Shown one piece after another: positions 25,231-36,999 of a stretch of DNA of 64,000 nucleotides. The DNA comes from Dicyema japonicum. Taxonomy: Eukaryota; Animalia; Dicyemida. Under the pieces are notes generated by a model. The model was not told the origin of the DNA. It did not search any database and saw only the letters and a list, made by a program, of their open reading frames with translations. A program made the translations under genes and the position numbers. The number at the start of each line of letters is the position of its first letter. Positions within the stretch are counted from its first letter, which is position 1. The DNA lies in the NCBI GenBank assembly GCA_011109175.1, contig RDEW01000033.1:596207-660206 (forward strand), given 5' to 3'.

Positions 25231-25789
25231 ACTGGCCATGAAGTATGCTTCTGTTGCGTGGAGATGAATTGACGTAAATGCTTGAATATGACTGAAATGA
25301 TTTTAATTCTATATGAATTTTCGACCATGATAGAAAAATGTTTGGAATTTTGATTTTTTGTTTACTTTTGATATTTGAAAGTATTAATCTTAATGATTGA
25401 GAATAACACAAAGTAATCCAACCAGGTTGGATTCTAACCACTTGATGTTACTAAATGTTCCCTAGTCATGAAACTATAAATCTCCGGGTATATATGAAGA
25501 TATCAATCTTGATAAAATGAAGACATTAAGTTTACCGTTTGTAGTGGTAGACGGACAGCGTAAATAATGTCAACCAGATGAGGTTGCAAAATTAACAAAA
25601 GACATCTTTCTGCAGAGTCCTTAGTATTAAACCAAGAAATCTCCAGAAAGTTAATTAATTATAAAGAACCATCAAGTGATCCTAGCTACTCTCAGAAGCG
25701 CCCTCATTTTTTCCTGGTATTTATCTCTAAAAACTCACTAGGGAGATATGTACGTGTCGGTGGACCTCCTTACAAGGACCTCGAAAAGG

Positions 25790-26330
25790 GTTGTTCATAT
25801 TATTATTAAAAAGCACTCTCGAGAAAACATAAAAATAGTTAAGTTTCCCTTGTGCCGTATTCCTAATCATCCTCTCCGTCAGCCCCGACCACACGAGTTC
25901 TATTAGGTAATCTATTTCCATTATAATGTTAGATGCTGCCCACACTCTTGTAACACAGTGAATCAGGTTTTGATGGACTGCAAATCCGAGACCATAATGT
26001 CGGCAGGCCGACGAGGAGGTAAAAAAATTGAATTTTCTAAACAGTTTTGTAAATTGTACGGTTGTTTTTGTCTCTTGTAGACAACAGACAGAGACGTCGT
26101 ATTTTGTTAGATCGCATACCAGTTGGTGTTTCTTGTAAGGTTTTTTAAGTCCTCTGCAATTTAAAGATCCCAAAGTGAACGGAGAAGTCGGTAAGGAATA
26201 CGAATAAGACATAGTGCAATAGAGGCGTCGTCACCACCTCAACCAATTTTGTTCGGTTATTCAATAAGTAGATTGGTGGTTCTTGATTGAACATGGCTAG
26301 TTCAAGCGACGCAACCATAGCTTATAATTG
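25790..26330 (-). mobile_element. Internally deleted (bipartite) RTE-like element: 5' UTR plus APE N-terminus fused to the 3' terminus
   Basis: LGSLNCRGL...VCCLQETK...YGLGFAV (APE start) runs directly into DYLxEL...LTERM and the tail AGGAATACGGCACAAGGGAAACTTAAC...TATGTTTTCTCG, shared with 34470-34560 and 49960-50040. Confidence 0.75.
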
Positions 26331-26824
26331 GGTCGATTTACTGGGTGTCATAGTGTTGAATTAAAAGATTTTTTAAATTTATAAAGCACCCCTACCCGTT
26401 AGGGAGCAAATTCCGGAACGTGCGTGCATACGACGATTTACGTTTATGTGATTAAAATAATTTTTTATAATATTTTGGATTTAAATACATAATTTTCCAT
26501 GTAGGTTCTATTTTTTATTTTTTATAGACAAATTCGGGAGCAATTGGCTTGTAGCTTAAACCGCCCAAATGAATTTTGACAAGATTCGTAGGTGGGTAGC
26601 TGTCAATAAATCTTTTTTCAAACCGTGCCGAAAGGATTCCACTGTGAGATATGTTCGAATCCGATCCAGAACCATTTTCTTTAGGATCTTTGACAATTTG
26701 TACAGAAGAACAAAAAAATTCAATAATTAACCGTCCTCATTAAAACTGTTAATTATTATTTAGTTGATTTAATAATGCTAATAAAAAATAGAATTTAAAT
26801 ATTTAAAATTTGAATTTTAATTTG

Positions 26825-28138
26825 ATGAGTTGGGTTCACAACTCCTTTGATTCTATACCTGAAAGACAGGAACTCCCTAAACTTGATGTTTCGACCGTCA
26901 TCAATTCAAAGAAGTTGACCGAGCTTAAAAATTGGATGATAAAGCAATCAGCAAGCGACTCAATAAGATTCCTATTTCTCACCGGTCCCTCAGGAAGCGG
27001 GAAAAAAACGACGGTACGCCAAATCGCGGAAAGCCAAAAAATATATCTCTGCGAGTGGAACTCGTTCATGGCCGAATCCCTCCAAGTTGCCGAGTACAGT
27101 ACATGTGTTCTCTAACCAAGATTCCTCCAGATGCTCAGAAATCGCTGAGTTCTTTAAGTTCGTCTACCAATCCGACCGTTACTGTTCTGTTCTCCGCAAT
27201 GATTCACGAAAATCACGAATTATCCTCGTGCGAGTACATTTATTCTCAAACCAGGATCTCCCAGCCATATTTTCCACAAAGCCAAACGTTTTCTCACAGT
27301 TTCTCCGAGAATTCCTTGATCAGGGACGCTGTTCCATGATCTTCCTGGAGGAGGACCAACATATTTTACGAAAAAACGTGAACACAATCGAGAACATGCC
27401 AATTGACACAATCGAGTATGTTTTTTGTTATTTCCGTGGATTCCGTCCAATGAGCAAAACTGCTATTAAAAGCATCCTCTCAACCCACGTGGGAACAGAA
27501 TTTGCAAAAATGGTGGCCGACAGGGTCCATGGTGACGGAAACAGTGCGAGAAATCTGGCTCAGACCTCAAGAAAGGGTTTCAATTAACCTCATCCTAGCG
27601 CTTGCTCAGTTTGGTGGGACTGGAGTTGAGCCACGTGCTCAGACTTTGTCGTTCTTTCACATTTTGGGCAAGATCCTTTATGGCAAACGAGATAACGTGG
27701 GTAAGTTGACTGAAAACGAGGATCTGGTGACCCTCGTCGACGAGGAGAAACTGTTTCTATTTCTCCACCAGAACTGCCTCGATTTTTGTGCTGAGGATTC
27801 TTTGGTTTCCCTTATGGAATCTCTGAGTGTGTGCGACAAACTTGGTAGATGTCAGGAATTAGAAGAAATTGGGGGATGCGCCGTTTTGGCGGGAAAAATT
27901 GTCGTAAATTTGAGTAAACGGCGGGAAAATTTGGTTTGTTTTAGACCAATAAATCGACCTTTTTATTACTCATTTGTTAGGGAGGTGTGAATTGGGTTAT
28001 TGGTAGAGATCTGAGTTTGGAGAGAGATTGAGTGGGATTGGAGGACTGAAGGGAGTTGGGAGAGCGGATTTGCCTGCTATGTTGTACTTTATGAGAGTTA
28101 TTGGAAGGATTAGTAATGATTTTGCTTTTAAATTATGA
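26825..28138 (+). CDS. RAD17: Cell-cycle checkpoint clamp loader Rad17 (Rad24)
   Basis: FLFLTGPSGSGKKTT Walker A, IILVR/DLP, FHILGKILYGKR and FLFLHQN motifs. Micro-introns of 22, 21, 22 and 22 nt plus one GT-GG segment. Confidence 0.85.
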
Positions 28139-30741
28139 TTTTTTATAGTTTTATGCGATTGACGGTTGTTTGATCACGTGGGTGTTTTTCTTCACGACTG
28201 GTCAGGATTTTCCCGAGTTAACTTTTTTTAGAAACATAGGAAACCTCTACCATTTTACTTGGTCAAATCCTCTGAAAGGAGAGTGACAATTGATAATAAA
28301 ACCAGCAAATACAAATCATAGGACGGAGGGGTTATTTTGCGCAATAGCCTTCAAATTGTCAACCATCCTTTGGGGTGACTTTCTTAGCGTGGCAGGTAAG
28401 TGTCATTAACGAGTTGAAGGCGATGCGAAGAATCCTTTGGCATTTTGTAAATGGGATCTGAATATCTCCGAGGAATAACTCAGGTTATTTACTCATTTAG
28501 AACCTCGGGATCGACAATAAAGACGGAAATAATGTTAAACAGTTAAGTGATCCTAGTTATACGATCAACTGCACATCCAACGATTGTGGTCCTCCATTGT
28601 CCTCACTACTGAAAAAGTCTTTTCTCATCGCTTCATTGGAATCCGATTGAAGAAGAGAACTTTTGGACCAAACATTTTCTGCCATTGACAAGGACAGGCG
28701 AAGTACTTTCTATTTTCGCCACAGAGGAGGAATTTGCAGATCGTAGCTTAACAAAGGGAGCGATAGATGATTCCCATCTACAAGTGTAAGGAGGGGAGCG
28801 ATTGATGATCCATTTTGTGAACTCAGCATACAAATAGTCGTTCGATAAAAGGGGATGAGTCTATGGATCACTCTCAGTGGCGCAAATGTCAACGCAACAG
28901 AAGCATACTCTACGGCCTGATGGTTCGCTGATAGTGTTGCAATAGAGTCATCAAATAAAGGGGTCCTTCGAACGATTGCATGCACAACGTTTATCTTTTG
29001 GAGGCCTTTAGTGAGGACTTACCATGGGAAATTAAATACATCAGACAGTCGTCACTTCGAAAACTTGTTAAAGCAGAGAATCACGGGGCAATCCGTTTCG
29101 AAGTAATCGTGAAATTCTATTACTCACTTGGAATTAAACGCAAAGACTGACACAGATTTCTACACATACGAAAAATGTCACGAAATACTCCATTATGCTA
29201 ATATTAGGCGCTAAATTGGTGGTGGAATGATCGTGGCTCAGAGTTTGTATTTCACTCCCCCACGGTGATGTCTACACGTGAGCAAATTCTATTAAATGTA
29301 TTAATAAAATAACTATCTAATTGACTTTCGTGACATGCCCTTATTATGGCAGGTGTAATCTCTTCCACGTAGACGAGGTGACGGAGTATGGTTCCAGCAT
29401 AGATAAACTTGTCCTGAAAAAATAGAGATTTTGGCTGTACTAGGTTCCAGCATAGATTCTGGCTGTACAAACTCTTAACATTGTGAATGAATGGATTGGC
29501 AAAAATGAGGATTAATCTTTAGTGTGATCCTTAGACATGATGTATATTATTGATATCACTAAAGACTCAAAGCCGCCAGATACCAACTGGAACCTTTTCA
29601 AACAAAAATTGACTCTTTTCCCTATAGAGGGTAAAAATACCTGACTTGGAACACCACTCGTGTCAATGGCTTCTCCATTTCCAACTTCACGTAGACACCT
29701 ACCCAGAATAATCATAGAAAGATCCGAAATATTTAATGAAAAATACGCACTTTGGAATAACAGTTCGTTTTCAAACCCGTTGCAGCGAAACTTTTTTAGT
29801 TTATTTAACAATTTTTTTGGAGTTATGTGTAGGGAATCTAATTCGAGTTCCACATCGTAGCATGGACACACCATACGGTCTCTCCTTTCTTAACTAAGGA
29901 CTCAGAATTTAACATAATAGTCCTTGATCTTTGATTTCATTTCGAAATCATCTACCGTTCTTCAATCATACAGAAAATAAATTTAAACAATTTTCTTTTT
30001 TCGCAGTCTAATTCATCACCAAGTCTTTTATTAAAGGGTATCATTATTCCTTGTTTTCACGACGAGGGATATGAGGTAGAAAATGAGGAAAAGATATCAC
30101 AGGCGCAATTTTCGAGTCAAAATAAGAGTTTGAAAAATATTCATCACTAAGCCTAAATATCGAATTAGATGCGCATCGTTAAATGAAAGCGTATAATGTT
30201 GCCTCGAGTATTTTCAAAAACGGCTTATTCTCAGCAGAAGTTTTCAAACATTGATACATCATTCTTCAATAAAGGCAACTTAGTCTATTTGTATTTTCAG
30301 TTTTGATTGTATTATTATAGCAAAATGCAATTGATAGAAAGTTACCTCCTCGTCGCTTCTGCAACCCGTGGATTCATATGAATTTTTTTCGTTAATGTAA
30401 TTTTGTGGAGATTTTGCCATGTCAAATCAAGGTGTGCAAACCCCAAAGATGAATCAAACGCAAAAACTTTCACCATAAAAAATTTTTGTAAAGAATTGTT
30501 TTCAATAAATTATCTACTCAGATAATAATAGAGATTAAAAGAGTGACTGGTTAACAAAAAACGAAACAAGAATTAAATCTATACTTTTCAAAATAACAAT
30601 AAATACTTCAAAGGTGTTTAATAGAGTAGGCATTTAAGACTAATAGTGGACTTATGGCTAAAAGAGCAAGTAGTATTATGAATTTCGTTGGAGTTATAAT
30701 ACCAATCATAAGCAAAACCGATAATAACAAAAAAAAGTCAG

Positions 30742-33420
30742 TCAACGAAACTCTTGGAGAGTGGACTTGATAGCATTGATAATCTCATAAATTTGTGAAG
30801 AAAAATCCTGAATAAAAGTGTAAGGAGTAATAGAACCGCCTTGACTGAGAACATCACTCATTTCATTACCAATCCGTTCCAATAAAACTCCCAAATCCTA
30901 TAATCCGCAAAAACAAATACTTTTGGAAATTTGAATGGAAAGTCCTCAACATTCTCACCAACCTTACTAATAAGAGCATTCGACTCCACAATGAACTCGT
31001 TCAGCATATTAAACAACGCATCATATAATTTTGATAGATCCACTGGAGGGAAGTAAATCTCAGGAACGGGCTCCACGTCACAGATGACAGTCTTGCAGCA
31101 CGCAACACCTTCTTAGCTGACCTACTATACCATCAAAAATATACTCATCAAGATCAGGAAGATCATAGGGAACCGTATCGAAGGTAATCAAATTGTTTGT
31201 TAGTTTGATTATATTCTACAGTAAATACATAACATACATCATGGTATTCTGAGAAATCACGACAAAAGTCTTCCTCATATTGTTTTTGACGAGCACGTAA
31301 TGACTTTATTTGATCCATCATCTCGTGAAGCTCCTCCAATTGACCCAAATTCGGACCTTCCTTGAACTCCACGTTTATGGAATCAGGAAGAGGAATGTCT
31401 GGAACATCTATCGGATTAAGGTCGATAGTCTTAGCAAATCGTTTAATTTCAGACTACGAGTAAGTCACAATCCAACAATATCACAATATAATTCAGCCAA
31501 AAAATTCTCATTCTCCTTTCTTAGTGTTCTGGATGTGGAATCCATTCTGTTTTGAAAACCTTCGTGAAGAAACACGATTTTCTCAGCCTTCTCCTTTATG
31601 TTATCCTGCACTTCCTTCACGTCTATCAGACAATTGTGTATATCTAAGTCAAAACGAAAGTCAACTGAGTTGCTCGGAATTGGAGTGGTCGTTCAATGAG
31701 GGTGCAAAGTCAGTCAAGAGTTCCTTCAACTCAGAAACCTGAGTCTTCACTACTCTTTGAGTATCAATCCTATTCCCTCTACTCTCACCCAGACTAACAG
31801 CATGATTTATCCGGTTATCTAATTTGTTTTTCATCTAATGTTAATAATGAGCCCACTTTGGTCATTCTGGAAACGGTCTCCTGTGTGGAAAAATCGTATT
31901 TATTACACTGCTGACTAAGTTGTTCCATGGCAGCCTCCACATCCGTTATTTCTGTGCTCAGCTTGGAAGACAGGCCCTCCAATTTAGTGATAGTATCCTT
32001 CTTTTCCTCCAAAATTTTATGTTTTTCTTTAAAATGAGCAAATTTCTCTTCAAAAAGTCTCTCAATCTCAAATAAGCTAGAATCTAACCATCTCTTTCTG
32101 ACTAGTAGCCAAATTGAGAGTCTCTTTAAGGTGGGAAATAGAAAGTGTTTGGTGGGAGATCTCCATAGTGAGTTCACTGAGATAACAGCCAAGACAACCT
32201 GTATTGATCCTCAGTCATAAAAAACCCATCAGCATTCTTTGTCTTTGTAAGTTGGTCCTTAAGCTTCTCTATTTCTTCGTCGTACATCTGAAATTATAAA
32301 TCAAGTAACCTCCAAAAGTTGTGTTTTCCCGTAAACCTTGGAAATTTGTGGCTTGTTTTCGATTGTCTCTGCCATCCTTGCATAGTCCAGAGTGCTGATA
32401 GTTTCCTCCAGAGAAGACAACGAAGGAGATATTGTGGCGATTAAACATGTACGAGTGTGACCACCAAGAGAATCCTCCAATATCCTAGTAAGTTTGCTCT
32501 CTCTATAAGGTATGTGCCTTGAATTCTCCGTAAGTGCTTTGATGACACGTCCAAGTGTCAGAAGACTTTGATTTATTTTACCTACGAGTCAACTGACAAC
32601 TTTACCTGCTTCTCTGGCCCTAATATTAACAGATCCCGACCTCCCGATATTTTCACTCCCAGCCAAATCGACCTGTGGTTAATCCGAACAACTTACCATG
32701 TTCAATTTAGTTGTCTTCAGCATCCTTTGTCCATTATGGTTGTCAAACACATTGATAGTAACCATACAAACGGAATGTGATCGACTTGATGTAGGATTGC
32801 AGAGAGTGGTAGCGTTTTGTCTGTTACTGACTCCAAACTTCAGCAGTTGATGCAAATGATCTAGACTCTCCACGCGAATTTGTCTCACTCCTCGCAAAAT
32901 GATCCCACTGGACTGGCTTACAACGTCTTTGTAGAGTGTCAGTTTTGACTCTCTCTCTGAAAGGAGGTCGAAAATCTCCTCATTATATATCTGAATATAT
33001 GAAATTTCCATAGAGCCATCTTTATTTTCAAGTTTCTCAAACAGCTCATTTGTCGCACGTGGAATTATCCCTGTGTGAGGATTGTTCACAAAAACGCCTA
33101 TATTTTCTCCCTCCATTGTGTATGTTTTTCCAGAGGATGTCTGTCCGTAGGCAAATATGGTACAATTGAATCCAGTTATAACATCATCTATGATTGGGGA
33201 TACAACTTTGTTGAATATTTGAGACTGTGTAGAAGTTTGGGTAAAAATGTGCTCAAAGGAATATATTTTCTTAACATTTTCACTAACAACTGACATTTCA
33301 TAATTTCCGTCTAATTCTATTACATCACGGAATAATTCCCTTTTATTAAAAGGTCTATATTATTAGTAAGATTTAATACCTAATTCGTATATATGACTTA
33401 ATTCGCTCACTAGAAATCAT
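30742..33420 (-). CDS. KIF11: Kinesin-5 (BimC/Eg5) with coiled-coil stalk; 3' end approximate
   Basis: [57 protein letters not shown] and [13 protein letters not shown] motifs. About 11 micro-introns of 22-25 nt. Confidence 0.88.
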
Positions 33421-33499
33421 CTTTAATGCGCGGTTTAATAATAATATTAATTTTGTTTTAACAATATAATTAAAATAATATTAATTTTATATTTGAACA

Positions 33500-33675
33500 T
33501 TTTTATAAGCTCCCCCCTCCAAGTTGTTCATGATCCGGAAAGTAGTGGGGACGATGGATGATCACAGACGTCGAATGGCACAAGTGATTGCGAGGACTGG
33601 GATCACCTAACTGTCTGACTCTTTTGTCTTTCTTTCTCGGTGTTCCTGGGGTTATTAAAAAAATTAAAAAAAAAA
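33500..33675 (+). mobile_element. LINE 3' end (GIT-stop family), similar to 39180-39290
   Basis: RRMAQVIARTGIT-stop, TTTTGTCTTTCTTT loop, stem-loop and A-rich tail. Confidence 0.75.
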
Positions 33676-34469
33676 GTTGTTCAAAAGGATACCAACCTGA
33701 CCTCTCTTGGATCTCGTCCCTGAATGACATAATCGTGTACTTGGGACTTTAATGCCAGGATCCGCTATGGTATGTCGATGGGAAGCTGGATCAATGATAG
33801 GAGTATGTCTAATCGATGATTCCTGATCAGTGATGTATGACTTTCCTTCTGACCACAACCAAATATTATTAAAGGTAAAAAGATTCAAAGTCGATTAAAA
33901 GACCTCTATCAAACGCGGATTGTGGTCCAAATTCGGATAAGAAAACGAACAGTGCTTTTCGCCTTCTTGGGTCTCAGATGATGACTTGGATCTTTACATT
34001 ACAGAAATTCTATAACCTGGTTTCCTATTCCAACGTTTATGAAGGACGGATGCACTCTCCCTGTGGAAAAGTTAACTTTGAAGTGGAAGGCAGAAACCAC
34101 GTCACTTGTGAAACTTGGCATGATGATTGGTTTCAAGAGAATTCGTTTTGAATGGTACAAGAAACCTTAACTAGATGCTTTCGATGCCAAAAATTCGGGA
34201 ACACTGCAAGGAAAAAGAAAGGTGCTTAGTTTGTGTGGAGAGCACAATATGAATTCTTACTTAATTAAGGACAGGTTAAAGGAAATACATTAACTGCGGA
34301 CAGTATGTCATTTGGCTTATTATGGTGGTTGTTTCAGCAAAAGCAGATTTTGAATAAGAACACAAGACATGACTAAGGTGTTTCGACCCGTTAAGTAGGT
34401 TAAAGCTGAGGCTGTTGAAAGTGTTTGGGAAAATCTACAGCCCATAAAATGTACCCGAATTATTATTAA

Positions 34470-34830
34470 TTATTAAAAAGCATTCCCAGAAAACATAAAA
34501 TTAGTTAAGTTTCCCTTGTGCCGTATTCCGAATCATCATCCTCTCCGTCAGCTTCCATCATGATCCTCTGTTGCGCGCTAGTTCTCTTAGGTAGTCCAGG
34601 TCGTCAACCGAAGTTAGTCTCATACCAACCGCCGATAGGTCTTCGTTCAAAATAGTCAGAAGTGTTGTTCTTGGCCTTCCGCGGAATACGGCTCCTGTGT
34701 GTGCTAAGTAGTTGTCCGTTGCGACATTTTCGGGGACCTGGTCATTTATACGTAACACGTGGCCAAAGAGGCTCCATCTTGATTTGAAAATATCATCTAA
34801 CCACGCCGGTTTGCATTAGAGATCTTCATT
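34470..34830 (-). mobile_element. RTE-like LINE 3' fragment, near-identical to 49670-50040 in opposite orientation
   Basis: RWSLFGHVLRINDQVPENVATDNY...FRGRPRTTLLTILNEDLSAVGMRLTS and a shared 3' tail. Confidence 0.85.
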
Positions 34831-35179
34831 GATCTTGATTACCGATTTGAGGGAATCCACGTCCGCAATCTGTTGGCCTTCTTTTTTGGAGAGGCAGAGG
34901 TTCTACAAGAATAAAGTCTAATCTTGCAATTATTGCTATGAACACCCGATTCTTAAAGAGGCGTTCATAGATTGAGGATATTTTTAATGAAACAGTTAAA
35001 GAGTGAGGATAATTTTTGAACTGAGGGATATTGTTTTCTTACATTAAATGGAAGCTCAGAAGCAGAAGGCTGACTAACCGTTGCAAGACGTACGTCGGAG
35101 ATTTTTTCAATGGAAACTGGAAAAACTTAATTAGCTCTTAACATATACTTTGAAAAATACTGTGTTTGTTTCCCGTGAA

Positions 35180-35450
35180 CCTATGATATTAACTATTTGT
35201 ATTACTTGGTCGAGAACTTCCTGCCGGTAATGTTTTTGAAACAAGATAATATTTGTGAGACAATGATTCTAATAAGAGGATTTAATTTTGACAAGACCGA
35301 TAAATCCTGACTCGATAACCTAGCATGGAAGGAGCTCCGTCGGTACATATTGATCCAACTTTGCTCCATTCAATATTATTTGATTTCATGAAAATATTGA
35401 TTTCGTGTATTGATTCGATCTTTATGGAATTTGTCCAGGAAATGAATCGG
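35180..35450 (-). mobile_element. hAT/Buster transposase relic
   Basis: FMKSNNIEWSKVGSICTDGAPSMLG...GFIGLVK...HC motif of Buster/Charlie transposases. Confidence 0.65.
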
Positions 35451-35749
35451 CCCATATGGTTGTAACAGTTTCCAAAATAGATGATTTACAATCCTACTTT
35501 CAACACGTTATACTTTTCACATTTTGTTATCACATTTCTACATGGGGGAGAATGACATGTCAAAAATCACTCAAAGGATCTTTTGAGATCTTCTAAACAG
35601 ATTACGTCATTAAGAAACCAAAAAGTTGCAATTTTCAAAATAAAAATTGCAAATAAATTTTTTTAATTGTAAAAATTGCATTATGGAAAAATAAACGAAA
35701 TTATTTATTTTTTATAATTATTTATTGTAATACGAAATTAAATATTCCC

Positions 35750-36800
35750 GAACATTTTCAGGTTAAAAGTTTCGATCTTTAGTAATAATTTTCGTCAAAA
35801 GAGATTTAACTGAGGCTGAGCTTCCGCAACAATTTCGAAGGTATGAGTAAATTTCTGGCGATAGATTTTTATTTGAGAAATCAAGAATACTTAGTATCCC
35901 AGATTTTTGAAGCTTTTCTGATATACAATCTTTTAAATTGCACCTATCTCATAAAAAATTCTATGCTGTTAAAGATTTTTCATTGAATGCATAAGATTTT
36001 TCATTGAATAATCGAGTAGTTCGGTATTTGAAATCATTTTAATTAAAACCAAATAGTTTGAGCTGATTTCGGTTAAACTTGAAAACAACGCGGGAATATT
36101 GACTAATTATTTGGCCTAAAATAATTAAGAATCGAAACATTTTTGATTAAAACCCCATCTCCTTCAAATTCAGAGACAAATTTAATAATCTCTGGAAGAT
36201 TCTGGAAGTGATGTTTGGTTGCTTTTAGCCAGCTTCCCCATCTTGTGACAACAACTTCGGGTGGATTTCCTATTTGCGATAACATTTCCCAGCGTCTTTA
36301 AAAAACGAGTTCCGTTGACTTGAGCTTCACAAACCAGAAAAACATATTCCCCACTATTAAATAACTTCAAAAATAACAGTAAGTGATTCTGAATAGTGTC
36401 TATTTTACATTTTGAGATTTCTTTTATATTTGACCTACATGTTGATTCGGATGGCAAATGATTGTTCCATCTTCAAAAAGGCGAATGAGAGAAGTGTGTC
36501 TCATTTTGTAAATTGGGATGTTTGTCTCCAAAAATGCTTCTGTTACTTTCATAGCTCAAGTAATCCGAGTATCGGTTCTCTCGGAAATGCATGTCTGTGA
36601 ACTCTGAGATGGGTTGGATTCTTGTATAATTTTAAACTCAGAAAAATACTGTGCCCTTTCAAATGTCTTTTTGTAGAAACATGTGCGTCGACCAAAAAAT
36701 TATGTCACATCGTACAACATTCGAGCAATTGGAACAAAATAAATTTCTTTCTCCGTAAATAACAAACTCTGGGAATTTTTTGCATAAAAAGAAATTGAAA
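35750..36800 (-). mobile_element. Degenerate hAT-like transposase
   Basis: PPEVVVTRWGSWLKA motif seen in hAT-related transposases. Many stops. Confidence 0.5.
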
Positions 36801-36999
36801 AAAGTTTCAATCATTACTCAGACGATACCATGGATCAGATCACCATCAAAATGGAGCTGTACCCGTCCTTGATCAACTGATTAACCTATATATTCCACCA
36901 CAAGGTTCCTGCCCAAAATCCTACACCCCAAGTATACCCTGCCTCTCATTACTAAAGAACGCTCTAATATGCGTGACCTAAATACCCGACACTTCGTTT

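Noticed and set aside
26653-26662. GTTCGAATCC B-box suggesting a tRNA gene
   Set aside because: No A box at suitable spacing and no cloverleaf could be folded.
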